A stretch of 64,000 nucleotides of DNA, taken from assembly GCA_964035545.1 (NCBI GenBank), contig OZ037765.1:16182995-16246994 (forward strand). Direction: 5' to 3'. Source of the stretch: Bugula neritina. Taxonomy: Eukaryota > Animalia > Bryozoa. A model generated the notes under the pieces. The model ran no database searches, was not told the DNA's origin, and worked only from the letters and a program-made list of their open reading frames with translations. The position numbers were made by a program, and so were the translations under genes. Of the stretch, positions 37,160-48,639 are shown in pieces. Numbering within the stretch: position 1 is the stretch's first letter; each line of letters starts with the position of its first letter.

Positions 37160-40100
37160 TGTAATGTTTTGAATGTGTGCTGCATGCAATGGTGTTGTTT
37201 ATTATTACTGCATGAATCAGATAGTGTTTGGCAACTGTATGATGTCATATTCTGTATATATATAAGATGAAGATTTACAAATATAAGTTAGTTTTAGCCC
37301 TCAACCGAGTGTAGTCTCTACAGCATAAATATATAATAACTGCAAATTAACACAACATAAAATTGGCGACGAGGATAATCTGATAGTGGCAGCTCGAGAT
37401 TTCAAAATGGCTACTGGATCTATACCGCAGTTTAGTGGGAAGATAGAACATTATATGCAGAGGTTAGAGAGTTATTTTCTTATACACAAGACAGATGCTG
37501 ACTTGAAGAAGCATGTACTGATTATGGGACTTTCAGAGAGTCAATACGAAACTTTGACAGACTTGGTATCACCAGAGATGCCACAGGATGTTAGCTATGA
37601 CAATCTAGTACAGCAGCTAAAGAGGCATTATGGTACAGTGACAAATAAAATGGTTGAGAGGGCGAAGTTTAGAGAAGTCAAGAGATCACCGAATGAATCT
37701 GTGACAGACTTCGTGGCTAGACTGAGGGCACAAGCTAGATCATGTGAGTTTGGGAATGTGCTACATGATAATTTGCTTGAACAATTTAGAATAGGGGTGC
37801 AAAGTAAGACAATCAGAGAGAGGATAACTGCTATGGCAGCAGAACAGCAATCCAAGCTTCAAGCAGTGATAGATGTTGCACTGCAAGTTGAAGTTGATGA
37901 AAAGATGGACAATGTCAAGTTAAACAGTGCACCAGAAAATGTTTCAGCCGTGAGAAATGGAAGGGTCAATAGTGGAGCAAGACCTAAGCATACAGAAAAT
38001 AATAGCAAAAGTCAAGCTATTTGCTACAGGTGCTCTAGGACCGGACATTTGGCGAGTAGTAACAGTTGTCCAGCGAAGGATAAAACGTGCAAGGACTGTG
38101 GCAGGAGAGGACATTTTGCCAAGTCGAAGTTCTGTAAAGGCACAACAAAGCACCATACAGTGGCAAAAGTAGAGGAGATGAGCGAGGAAACGTTGTTCGC
38201 TGTGAAGGGAAAATCTGAAATACCAAAATGTGATGTGACCATTGTGGGTGAGAGTATTTTATTTCTAATTGACACAGGAGCTTGCAACAATATCATAGAT
38301 TTGGCTGCCTATAACAGGATCAAGCACAAAGTTATGCTGCGGCCAATAAGCGAGGCTTTGTATGCTTATGGCAGTGACAAGCAATTAAACATGATTGGTT
38401 GTTTTGATACTGAAATGAAGTGTGCTGCATATATTGCTAAGGCTACTGTGTATGTTTTTAATGGCTATGCTAAGTGCTTACTAAGTGGTAAAACAGCCAC
38501 AGATTTACATCTCTTGTCTTTTGATAGTAATGTTTATAATGTAAGTGCTGAAGATCAGTGTGAAATTGTTAGACAATTTCCAGAAGTTTTTCAAGGTGTG
38601 GGAAAACTCAAAAGGGTGAAAGCAAAATTTCACGTTGATGAAACAGTAACACCAGTTGCTCAGCCAGTGCGTAGGTTACCATTGGGGTTCAAAGATAAGG
38701 TGAAGCAAAAGCTAGATGATTTGTTAGCTAATGACATTATTGAGCCCGTTGCTGGAGTTGGTACGACATGGGTGAGTCCATTGGTGGTAGTTTTGAAAGA
38801 TAATGGGGAAATTAGACAAACAGTTGACATGCGCCAGGCAAATAAGGCTATTTTGAGGGAAAGACACCCTATTCCAACTGTTAAAGAGATGCTAGCTAAT
38901 TTAGAAGGGGCTCAAGTTTTTTCAAAGTTGGACTTGAGGCAAGGTTTTCACCAGGTGGAAATTGAGGAAAATTCAAGGCCTATTACAACTTTTATCACAC
39001 CCTTTGGCTTGTTTAGATATAAAAGGCTAACGATGGGTACAAATGCCAGCCCAGAGCAATTTCAGTATATCATACAGCAAGCATTAGCAGGTTTGGCAGG
39101 AGTCCAAAATATGGCTGATGATATTATTTTATTTGCATCAAACAAGCTAGAGCATGATGAGAGGTTGAAAGCATTACTTTTGAGACTCAAACAAGTAGGC
39201 TTGACACTGAATGCTAGCAAGTGTGAATTTAGAGTTAGCTCAGTGAAGTTCCTTGGCTTTATTATCTCAGGTAGCGGAATTTCAGCTGACCCAGAGAAAG
39301 TTAAATCAATAGTTGAATTTCAACCACCGAAAAATGCGACTGATTGCAGGAGCTTCCTTGGCTTGGTAAATTTTGTGGGAAAATTTATTCCAGATTTAGC
39401 TAGTGTATCGGAGCCTATTAGGCAAGTCACTCGAAAGTCTGTTCAGTTCACTTGGGGTAAAGAACAGCAAGGTGCTTTTAACAAAATTAAAACTCTCATG
39501 GCCAATGCTAAGACGCTGGCTCATTTTGATTCAAAATTGAAAACCAGTGTTGTGGTTGATGCTAGCCCATTTGCATTAGGAGCTGTTTTAGTGCAGGGAG
39601 ATAGAGTGGTGGCATATGGACACCGCGGGTTGACAGATATTGAGCGTAGATATAGTCAAACAGAGAGGGAGGCTTTGGCAATAGTGTGGGCCTGTGAACA
39701 TTTCATGATGTACTTGTTAGGCATTGAGTTCGAGCTAATAACAGACCACAGACCCCTGGCATTTATATTTAATAATCCTAGCTCTAAGCCAGTTCCTAGG
39801 ATAGAGAGGTGGTCATTACGCTTGCAGTCATTTAGGTTTACAGTGAAATATAAACCTGGTAAAGGAAACATAGCTGATCCGCTCTCTAGGCTGTGTAATG
39901 TGATGAATCACAAAGTAAACAGTATTGCTACAGTAGCAGCAGATGATTATGCTAGGCAGATTGTCAAAGAGGCAGTGCCAATAGCTATTAAATGGAAAGA
40001 CTTGGTAGTTAAGTCTAGTTCATGCAAAGAAGTTCAAAATGTTCTAGAAGCATTAAAATCTAATGAAATGCAGAAATGTAGCAGATCGTACCAAGTTGTG

Positions 40101-41711
40101 GAGAATGAACTAAGTGAAATTGATGGCGTGTTACTCAGAGGTAGTAGGATAGTAATACCAGTTGCACTTAGAGAACATGTGCTGAAATTAGCACATGAAG
40201 GGCATCAGGGCATAGTGAAGACCAAACAAAGACTTAGGTCTAAAGTGTGGTGGCCTAAAATGGATGATGAGGTTGAGAAATTTTGCAGGAATTGTGCTGA
40301 CTGTGTCAAAGTAAGTCAACCAAACCCACCAGAACCTTTGTCAATGACTAAAATGCCAAGTAAGCCGTGGTCATTTTTGAGTGCTGACCTGCTTGGACCA
40401 CTGCCAAATGGGCAGCATGTAATTTATATGATTGATTATTATAGCAGATTTTTTGAGTGTGCATTTCTGAATAGCACTACAAGTGAAAAGGTAGTAGAAT
40501 TCATGGATACAGTTTTCTCAAGATTTGGATTTTGTGAAGCAATCAGAACTGACAATGGGCCTCAATTTGTGTCAGGGGTTTTTCAAAATTATTTGGCAGA
40601 AAATAACATAAAATGGGTATCAACTACTCCGTTGTGGCCGCAGGCTAATGCTGAAGTAGAGCGAGTAAATAGAACACTTCTGAAATCATTGAAAATTGCT
40701 CACAGTAAAAGGGAGAATTTAGGTAGGGAGCTTAGAAAATTCTTGTTAGCCTACCGCTCAACACCTCACAGCAGTACAGGCATCGCTCCATATACTTTGT
40801 TATTTGGGAGGGTGATGAGAACTAAATTGCCTGATTTAGAGGGAGAGATAGATGACACAGTACATGAAAAGGCTAACATTAATGATGCTATGGCCAAGTT
40901 AAAATGCAAAGAATATGCAGATGCTAGACGTGGGGCTAGGGAATCTGAAGTAGAAGTAGGGGATGAAGTTTTGTTGAGGGAGGAGGATAAAGGAAAATTA
41001 AGTTGCAACTTTGGCAATGATAGGCATGTAGTAACATCCAAACAGGGCTCCGATATTGTATGTGAAAACCCAAGCAATGGCAAGGTTACTAGGCGCAACT
41101 CGACTTTTGTCAAAGTTATCCCCAAAACACCTAGTTTAAATAAGAATGATTCACCTGTGGGTGATGCCAACACCCAGCAAAGGCCTCAACGTGTTAGAAA
41201 ACAACCTGATTGGTATGGGGATGTGGTAATTCATGCACTGGATGAGTAATATAAGATAATAATGAAATCTTTCAAATCCCAATTTGAGATTGCCACACCT
41301 TTTAGCAATATTTACTTATGATAGTCTAAATGCTGTTTGTTTTGTTAAAGCTACTATATTTGATGAGTAGCTAATTGTTTATGAATTGCTGTTTATTAGA
41401 AATTACTATTGCATGTCATTTTATCTAAACTTAGTCTAGAGCACTTGTGAAACTAATTACTTTTAGATGTTATGGGTAACTAATTATCTTTTTGAAGAAA
41501 AGAAGGGTTGTAATGTTTTGAATGTGTGCTGCATGCAATGGTGTTGTTTATTATTACTGCATGAATCAGATAGTGTTTGGCAACTGTATGATGTCATATT
41601 CTGTATATATATAAGATGAAGATTTACAAATATAAGTTAGTTTTAGCCCTCAACCGAGTGTAGTCTCTACAGCATAAATATATAATAACTGCAAATTAAC
41701 ACAACATAAAA
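37160..41711 (+). mobile_element. Intact young Ty3/Gypsy LTR retrotransposon (element 2, Mag-like) nested in the 5' LTR of element 1; LTRs 37160-37362 and 41509-41711
   Basis: Two 203-bp LTRs in which I see no difference. TSD GGGGT (37155-37159 and 41712-41716). PBS TGGCGACGAGGAT at 37364-37376 (tRNA-Ser(GCU)-like). PPT GAAGAAAAGAAGGG before 41509. Confidence 0.97.
37407..41249 (+). CDS. Single-ORF gag-pol polyprotein of element 2
   Basis: Uninterrupted frame: gag, two Cx2Cx4Hx6C knuckles, PR FLIDTGA, RT (FSKLDLRQGFHQ, NMADDII), RNase H (VDASPFALGAVL, TDHRPL), integrase HHCC and D,D,E (ADLLGP, TDNGPQF, ERVNR). First ATG at 37407. Confidence 0.96.
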   Translation: MATGSIPQFSGKIEHYMQRLESYFLIHKTDADLKKHVLIMGLSESQYETLTDLVSPEMPQDVSYDNLVQQLKRHYGTVTNKMVERAKFREVKRSPNESVTDFVARLRAQARSCEFGNVLHDNLLEQFRIGVQSKTIRERITAMAAEQQSKLQAVIDVALQVEVDEKMDNVKLNSAPENVSAVRNGRVNSGARPKHTENNSKSQAICYRCSRTGHLASSNSCPAKDKTCKDCGRRGHFAKSKFCKGTTKHHTVAKVEEMSEETLFAVKGKSEIPKCDVTIVGESILFLIDTGACNNIIDLAAYNRIKHKVMLRPISEALYAYGSDKQLNMIGCFDTEMKCAAYIAKATVYVFNGYAKCLLSGKTATDLHLLSFDSNVYNVSAEDQCEIVRQFPEVFQGVGKLKRVKAKFHVDETVTPVAQPVRRLPLGFKDKVKQKLDDLLANDIIEPVAGVGTTWVSPLVVVLKDNGEIRQTVDMRQANKAILRERHPIPTVKEMLANLEGAQVFSKLDLRQGFHQVEIEENSRPITTFITPFGLFRYKRLTMGTNASPEQFQYIIQQALAGLAGVQNMADDIILFASNKLEHDERLKALLLRLKQVGLTLNASKCEFRVSSVKFLGFIISGSGISADPEKVKSIVEFQPPKNATDCRSFLGLVNFVGKFIPDLASVSEPIRQVTRKSVQFTWGKEQQGAFNKIKTLMANAKTLAHFDSKLKTSVVVDASPFALGAVLVQGDRVVAYGHRGLTDIERRYSQTEREALAIVWACEHFMMYLLGIEFELITDHRPLAFIFNNPSSKPVPRIERWSLRLQSFRFTVKYKPGKGNIADPLSRLCNVMNHKVNSIATVAADDYARQIVKEAVPIAIKWKDLVVKSSSCKEVQNVLEALKSNEMQKCSRSYQVVENELSEIDGVLLRGSRIVIPVALREHVLKLAHEGHQGIVKTKQRLRSKVWWPKMDDEVEKFCRNCADCVKVSQPNPPEPLSMTKMPSKPWSFLSADLLGPLPNGQHVIYMIDYYSRFFECAFLNSTTSEKVVEFMDTVFSRFGFCEAIRTDNGPQFVSGVFQNYLAENNIKWVSTTPLWPQANAEVERVNRTLLKSLKIAHSKRENLGRELRKFLLAYRSTPHSSTGIAPYTLLFGRVMRTKLPDLEGEIDDTVHEKANINDAMAKLKCKEYADARRGARESEVEVGDEVLLREEDKGKLSCNFGNDRHVVTSKQGSDIVCENPSNGKVTRRNSTFVKVIPKTPSLNKNDSPVGDANTQQRPQRVRKQPDWYGDVVIHALDE

Positions 41712-42028
41712 GGGGTATTGGGAGGTATACTTTCCATAGCCACTACAATATTACTACGTTTTTCTTCACAATTACTATGTTTCAATAATGCCACTCACCC
41801 CCTACCCCACTCATCAATACCTGAATGAGAATGATTATGTGTATAAAGTTCAACTACTGTCTTGAGTATTAGACTTAGTATTACTATTAGTAATAGTGCT
41901 AGTATAAAAAACATAATAAATATAATGATAATGATTGTAATACTAATACTACTTCAAGTATAATTGTATTAATCATACTGAATACTGATACTTTATGTTT
42001 AACTGTATTACTATTACAGTATGAGTAT

Positions 42029-42509
42029 TGTAATGGTCAGTAGAAGTACACCCCCAGTATCCCCTAGTAAACATAACTCAATAGATTATGGTCAGGAATG
42101 GCAACTCCAAGTCATGCCATATCTACATGCGGTGCCTACTAATACATACGGACGGCACCGCCAGCAACTGCGAACGATACGACTGGAATCTGTGTTGACC
42201 AATCAGGGTCGACCACTCACATATGAGTAACGCCTTTCGTGGAAGGGGGGCCTCCACAGTCAGTCTTGAACAGTATTAGTAACTACTAGGATAACTACAT
42301 GTAAATGCTCGATAATTGCTATATATATATTTTCTCACTTTGTGTATCTACTTTTACTCGTGTATAATTAACTTAATACACTTTATACAGTTCTCTCGTT
42401 TTCGTGATCAACTTGTTCGGTTCTTCACATAACCTCACAGTGGATATGCAGTAATTACTAGCACAAAATGACAAAAACACCCAATCTAGTAGTGCACGAA
42501 ACTACAACA
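42029..42509 (+). mobile_element. Solo LTR of a subfamily related to element 1, opposite orientation
   Basis: TGTAATGG...GAAGTACACCCCCAGTATCCCCT...TCACATAACCTCACAGTGGATATGCAGTAATT...CTACAACA matches the reverse complement of the element 1 LTR. TSD GTAT at 42025-42028 and 42510-42513. Confidence 0.88.
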
Positions 42510-42513
42510 GTAT

Positions 42514-43830
42514 TACTATTAGAGTATAACTATTGGTGTTAGTATAACTACTACTACTGGTACTAAACTATAACATCATGATCAAAAATATGAATAATGA
42601 ATATCATTATCTGGTATTGAATATGAATAACTATTACTAATACTTATACTATAGTAATAGTAATAGTAGTAGTAGTACTAGTATTACCATTACTATTACC
42701 GTATTAGTATTACTATTAGTATTACTAATACTAATAAGTAATAGTAATACTTTTACTATTACATTAGTAATAGTAATACTAATAGTAATACTACTAGACC
42801 TAGTATTACTATTAGTATTACTATTACTATTAGCATTACTAAGACTCAGTGATACTAATTAAACTATTACTATTAGTATTACTATTACTATTAGTATTAC
42901 GACTAGCACTATCACTATGTCAATACTTTATACATAATACTTTCTACAGTTTATAGTTTATACTTATAGTTATACTTATACTTATAGCATACGATCATAA
43001 TCTGAACCATAATAATAATAATAATTGTCATTTTGCTGAACTTAATTTAATAATAATTTCACTATTAACTATTAAGTATATGAATATTAATATTTACAGG
43101 CTACAGAGCAATGAACTCAATAACATTATTATAATAATATTATTATTAACTTTTTCAGTTCAGTGTTACAGAGCATAAAAAAACTAAACGTGAACTCGAA
43201 AATCGTCAAAAGCAGCGCCGAGTTGGGGTTAGATATAGAATGGTTAAATAAGCAGTCCCTAGCTATGGATGACTGAGTGCAGAAGTTCAGGGTTCTTAAA
43301 TTTGGACCTAACGCCAAACTCGCGAACCCTAAACACTAACGCACCCAATCACCCCCGATTCTGAGCTGCTTATAGAACTCTCGCCCAGAAGACGTGGGTC
43401 TTTTCATCACGTTCTCGTTCAGCTGGAAAAGTAAGGCATTATGATTATGATCATATTTTAAATGCATCATAATATATTTTAGTACATTAAATTTAATACC
43501 ACTCCCAGCTCTCGGGGAAGACCTCATACTCGTATAAGTTATTTAGATTAAAAATGAAATAAACAATGTTTTTTATTTTGATTCATTTTTGTATAAAAAT
43601 AATTTTGTAGTTACTCACTTATACTTATACTAATACTTATACTAATACTTATACTTATAGTAATAGTTATAGTTTATTAGTTATCAATACTTAGTCTTAT
43701 ACAGTATAACTTATGCTGTTATAGTCTATAAACTATAGTTATACTTATAGTTAATTTTATGTTAATACTAATAGTAATACTAATAGTGATACTAATTGTT
43801 AAACTAAAACTTAATGTAAATGCTATAGAC
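42514..43830. repeat. AT-rich low-complexity tract (ACT/AGT triplets, TATACT hexamers)
   Basis: Degenerate tattactattagt and cttata repeats, interrupted at ~43100-43530. Confidence 0.75.
43249..43375. mobile_element. Diverged copy of the fold-back MITE at 12080-12215
   Basis: ATAAGCAG...TGAGTGCAG...TTGGACCTAAC.CCAAA...GAGCTGCTTATAGAA shared with the 12 kb copy. Confidence 0.6.
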
Positions 43831-44038
43831 TTGGAGTTAGGAGACATTACTGTTGGTGTTACATTAAGATTAAGTTCAACTTTGAGTTACATTAGAAATA
43901 GATATAAAAAATTATTAAATTTAATGGTAATCGAATGAAAGATTGATTTCAAACTAAATCTACTTATTTTCATTTTACTTTTAGTAAGTTTTAGTTTTAT
44001 TAAAATATTATTTCAAAATTAATTATCTGTAATACTAA

Positions 44039-44416
44039 AGGCCTGGCCTCATGCTCGTAAGAATCACACGAAACTCGTGTGACGGTTTTCTTTCGTTATG
44101 ACCAGCCCCACACTCGTCGGAAGAAACACATAATAACTAGTCCATGAATGAGTCTTGCACGAGATACAAACAGCGGAAAATTGCCAAACAGAGAAACGTG
44201 GTGGAAATGAAATAATAACTGTTGCTAAAATTCTATTAACCTGTCAAATGGTGCTTATCGTTAATTGTGATTTTTCGTCCAACGTCTCCATCGTCTCCGT
44301 TGGGTGCACCCAACGAAGACGATTTCGTTTGAATTCCCTCAAATTTGATCGTATGTTTGTGTTTTCGTGTCAAATAGACAATTTTGTGTGATTCTCACAA
44401 GCGTGAGGCCAGGCTT
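44039..44416. mobile_element. PIF/Harbinger-type MITE
   Basis: GCCTGGCCTCATGCTCGTAAGAATCACAC ... GTGTGATTCTCACAAGCGTGAGGCCAGGC inverted termini, flanked by TAA/TTA. Confidence 0.7.
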
Positions 44417-44659
44417 TTATACTTATACTTATACTAATAATATTAGTATTATCGATAACCCCGCTACCCTAACGAGACAAAGCGTATTAGAATTATTAAT
44501 AATACTAGCCATAATACTATTATGGCTGTGGATGCAGTAGATTAAGCAGATTATAATTATGATTTGTTATAAGATGACACGAGCAAGTAGCACTGACTTA
44601 TTGACATAGGTCCTTAACAGTTATTGGGTTACATCTCATATCAGCTCATAACATCTACT

Positions 44660-45245
44660 GTCTTCACCACTATTGACCTTCACACTTTTCTATCTTGTGC
44701 CAGATATATACATTGAATTTAATCAAATGTAATGTTAGCATATATTTTGAAGTCTTGTTTGACAATATCAACCCATGATATTTTCCTGGCTCCTCTGGGG
44801 TGTTTTGCTGGATAGTTCAGATATATCTCTAGTGCTTGCTTGGCTGGTACACCTTCTGGTTGTCTGAGGAGGTGCCTGAGCCATCTTATTCTACATGTTC
44901 ATATGGTATGGGACCAAGGTTTCTGCCATGTTTTCTTATATATCTCATCATTACTGATCTTTTGAGGCCATCTCACCTTCAATATTTTCTGAAGAGGTTT
45001 CTTTGCATATGTCGATGTTGTCACTTTTTTTTTGTGTGATTGACCATAGTTTACTGTTATAAAAAATATGCTTTCTGTTAGCACATCAAAAAGTATCATC
45101 TTGATATCCAGACTGATTCCTCTGTGTGTTAGTATTTTGTTGATGTTATTGTAAGCCACTGTTGCTAGTTGATTGCATCAGTCTATGCCATATTGTATCT
45201 GGAGGATTGAACCTAGGTATTTACATTTCTCCCACTGCTTTTTTC
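44660..45245 (-). mobile_element. Decayed RTE-clade LINE 3' fragment
   Basis: KYLGS, LQKILKVRWPQKISNDEIYKKT and WLRHLLRQPEGVPAKQAL resemble the RTE post-RT region. Confidence 0.7.
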
Positions 45246-45379
45246 TCTGTTAATGATATATTCCCCTGTCTTAGCTAGGTTGACATGTAGATCTCTCTGT
45301 GAGAAAATAAATGGAATGTTTGATTTGATAATTTCTATGGCGTTGCTGCAATTGTCACCCATCTTAGCAGTCTGTCGCT

Positions 45380-45760
45380 GCGCCAATGACTGTTTTCATT
45401 TGATTCACTCAAACATCTCCATCCGTCTCTACATTTAGCCTTCCTTTGCCAGCTCTTTCCATGTCTATCTTTTTCATGTTTCGCTAAACATTGTTTTTAA
45501 ATCTCAGTCTGGGCCTTCCTTTGTTACGTTTACCTTCTTTCAGCTGCAAATAAAGAGGTTGTTTAGGTAAACAGCTATGGTCCATCCTTTCAATATGTCC
45601 TTGCCATCTCAAGTTCATTTGAATGAGGATAGATTCAAAGATAGTAAACTAGCTTTCCTTAGTACTTCTTGGTTAGTAATGTTGTCCCTCCAAGTCCCAA
45701 GAGATACCCAGTCTGTTTATTTGTACACTGTATATGTTCCAGGTCTGTAGCTTTTGAGAC
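45380..45760 (-). mobile_element. Second decayed RTE-clade LINE 3' fragment
   Basis: WRDNITNQEVLRKA...LRWQGHIERMDHSCLPKQPLYLQLKEGKRNKGRPRLRFKNNV, a typical RTE C-terminus. Confidence 0.8.
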
Positions 45761-46134
45761 AGTATCTACTAAACCAAGCTTAAATCAACTTTAATTAACA
45801 AAAATACACCAGAAAGCTTTTATATAGGTGCAATAAATAATTACTTATATAAATGACCACCAGATGATAGTTCTCAACTTGGTGGATAACTTTGTTTAAT
45901 TCAAATTACCTTAGCATAGAAGATATAACAATGATTGCTATCTAGACAATACTATACTGATTGAGTGTATATACCATATAATATTTATGCTGAATGGTAG
46001 CAAGAATTTAAATTGTGTTCAATGTATTATGTATTCAGTGCTGTATAGCTGAATTTGAAGTTTTAAAATATATCTTTTTTTCTAAAAATATATAAATCTA
46101 TGTTTGCAGTTATGTTATTTCTTAAAAATTGCAG

Positions 46135-48639
46135 ATGATGGCATCAAGAAAAGGACAGCGAGCTGCTGGGACTGATGGTAATGATTTTATGCACAGAGAA
46201 AAAGTTGCCAATCATTACTCACTTAGGTAGTAAACTTAGCTTTAGCATACATTATCCTACCTCTAAATTTCATTTCAATATTTTTGATAATAGTTATGAA
46301 GATTTCACTTCACGTTCTGCCAGTTGAGTAAATTACTAGGCCAGTGGGGCCCACGAGTTGTATTTCATCTTTATTTTTCTTATATAACAGGCCAACCTTT
46401 CTTATATAACCAACCAAACAAGCTTGTGGTTCTGTTCCTAGTAAGATACTGATTACTAATTTTCATCTACTTGCTTGCCATAAATAGCTATAAATAGCTA
46501 TAATAATAACAATAAGCCTAGGGCCACACGGTGCGTATTTTCGCATGCGAAAATTGAAATCACAAGTAGCAAAGGTGTCCACTGTGCGCGTTGAGAAAAC
46601 CTTCGCACTTGTCGCTCTGCATTTTCAACGCAAGTGCGAATCGTCTCTGTCGTCGTCACCTAATTGGCTGGTAGTGATTCAGCGAGCCCAATTTCTTTAT
46701 TTTAGTGCTACATTCCAGTAAATTGCGTTTTATTGAAAGCGAGTGCGATTTAAAAATGAAAGCTTTATTTATCACGCATCACTGACGCTACAGTGGACAC
46801 CTTTGCTGCTTGTGATTTCAATTTTCGCATGCGAAAATACGCACCGTGTGGCCCTAGGCTAACTAGCTATACAGCTGGTCAAGCTAGCTTTGAAATTGAG
46901 TTAGTAATCAAAACCAGTGGCGGAAGGGCACAAACCCCAGCCCAGGTGAAGTGCAGTCCCCAAGCCCAGTCTAGCTCAAGAAAAAACTTTACAGTAGTTT
47001 TTGCTATAACTAAAGCTCTTTTTGATCTAGCTAAAATCATATAGTTTGCAATTTGACCTTTAAAAAGAGAGAAAATTTCCTCATCCAACACATGTGGCAA
47101 CATTTGTGAACTGATTGCTTTTGTAATCTAAGTGACACTCATGTTTTGTTGTAAAAAGTCTAGGCCCAGTAATATGTGGCCCTGTAATTTTGCAACTAAA
47201 AAGTCATGAGTGTCAATTTAATGCCCTTGTTTGAACTTTACAGGGGCAATACCTTCAATAGGCAGTTTATTCACTCAACACTCATACACCTTGTTCAGAG
47301 TGTAATGTACTTTGATAGTCTTTGAAAAAGCTATTGTAGATGGATATGGGGATAATGGATTTGGAACACCCATTATCCAGAAAAAGCAAAACATAGTAGT
47401 AGTCAAGTTCCTTTCTGGTCTACAATAGCTGGTTGGTGTATGAGAAACTTAGTGTGTTTTAAATTGTATTGTGTTTTTGTCTCAGGGTTATAGGGGGTAG
47501 TCAGCTTTCAGTTGTTTCATTTATATGTTGGGATAGTGCAAGGTTTCTGGTAATGTGTCAGATTTATTTGGCTGTCGAGTGGGATTATTATATGGTGAGG
47601 GGTTTTAGGAGATTGTCTTCTTTTCAGAGTGGGTAAACTAAGTTTGGGGCATTGATTATCAACTAATGATGCTTGAAGATTTTGGAGTGTAGCAAGTGTA
47701 GCAACAGTGTAGCAAGTACTTCCCGAAGTACTTCTTGCTGTTGTATGTTTTCTAGCAGAGTTTTGGTTGCATCTGGGTAGAAAGAAACATCTTCAATAAT
47801 TAGTTAGTTCACATGGGGTCCTTCAACACAATTGTCTATTCTCAACATTTACTAGTGCCTGATAAAATATCGGGTCTACAGTTTAGATGGAATCAGTTAT
47901 TTGAATTAGCAAATTTACATTGTGATGATGCTAATAGCTAATAATTTGGCACACACTCATCACAATCTTGTGGAATTTAAACTTTCTAGGTGTACTAATT
48001 AGCCTGTTTGATGTTTTTTTAGTGTTTTGAACAAGGGACGTGTCAAGTGGACCATACTGTTTCACTGGATGTTATTTATACTCATGGCAGCTAGGTTTTC
48101 TACTAGCATCTGTCATTTTCTAGATGTCAGCGTACCCACTTTTCTGCTCCAGCTACAGTTACCATCTCCACAACTCTGGGAGTTAGCATGGCTTCCATCT
48201 ATTATGGGAAGCTTGTTTACTCAATTATCTCTTAAGAAAAACAACTCATTACTTTTATGGCAAGGTTTAATAGGTAATGCAAGTTTTACATTGAACACTA
48301 TATTTATATAAAAATTTAGTAATTTCATCTGCTTCCAAAGTGAAGCTGTGTTTTTAAGCAAGTTGGGTAAGTGTCTGTTTATATATGTTTTGTTATATTG
48401 CAGGTACTCTTGTTCTAGGATTGCTTCCTGTTCTATTTGGATGTGCTAATGTGTATCCTGTAATAAAAAGCTACTTGTTTCAACAGCATACTCTTCTACA
48501 ACCAGGTCTAGCTTTTAACATTGAAATTGCAACATGTGTTTGGTTAGTGATTGCTATTCAAGTTCATTTGTATCATATGTATTTTACAATACAACTTCTT
48601 AGTGCATGGACTGTTGGTTCTAACAAAAAGTTTAAATAA
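46135..48639 (+). CDS. JAGN1: Protein jagunal homolog 1; exons 46135-46226, 48023-48273, 48404-48639
   Basis: Signature N-terminus [27 protein letters not shown], several hydrophobic segments, IAIQVH and a C-terminal dilysine KKFK. Splice phases are consistent. Confidence 0.95.
46516..46859. mobile_element. PIF/Harbinger-type MITE with long near-perfect TIRs in JAGN1 intron 1
   Basis: About 70-bp TIR GCCTAGGGCCACACGGTGCGTATTTTCGCATGCGAAAATTGAAATCACAAG... and its reverse complement. TAA duplication at 46513-46515 and 46860-46862. Confidence 0.9.

Larger units (their letters stand above)
29754..41747 (-). mobile_element. Degenerate full-length Ty3/Gypsy LTR retrotransposon (element 1); 3' LTR 29754-30180, 5' LTR 36745-37159 + 41717-41747
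   Basis: TG...CA LTR pair. TSD ATAT at 29750-29753 and 41748-41751. PBS TGGTGACAGCAGTGGGAT (36743-36726, tRNA-Leu-like) and PPT GGAGGGGGGG (30190-30181). gag-PR-RT-RH-IN remnants in Gypsy order. Confidence 0.95.

Noticed and set aside
37628-41173. Antisense and alternate-frame ORFs within element 2
   Set aside because: Shadows of the long gag-pol frame.
47260-47720. Possible decayed LINE 3' end in JAGN1 intron 1
   Set aside because: Only vague similarity; too degraded to support.
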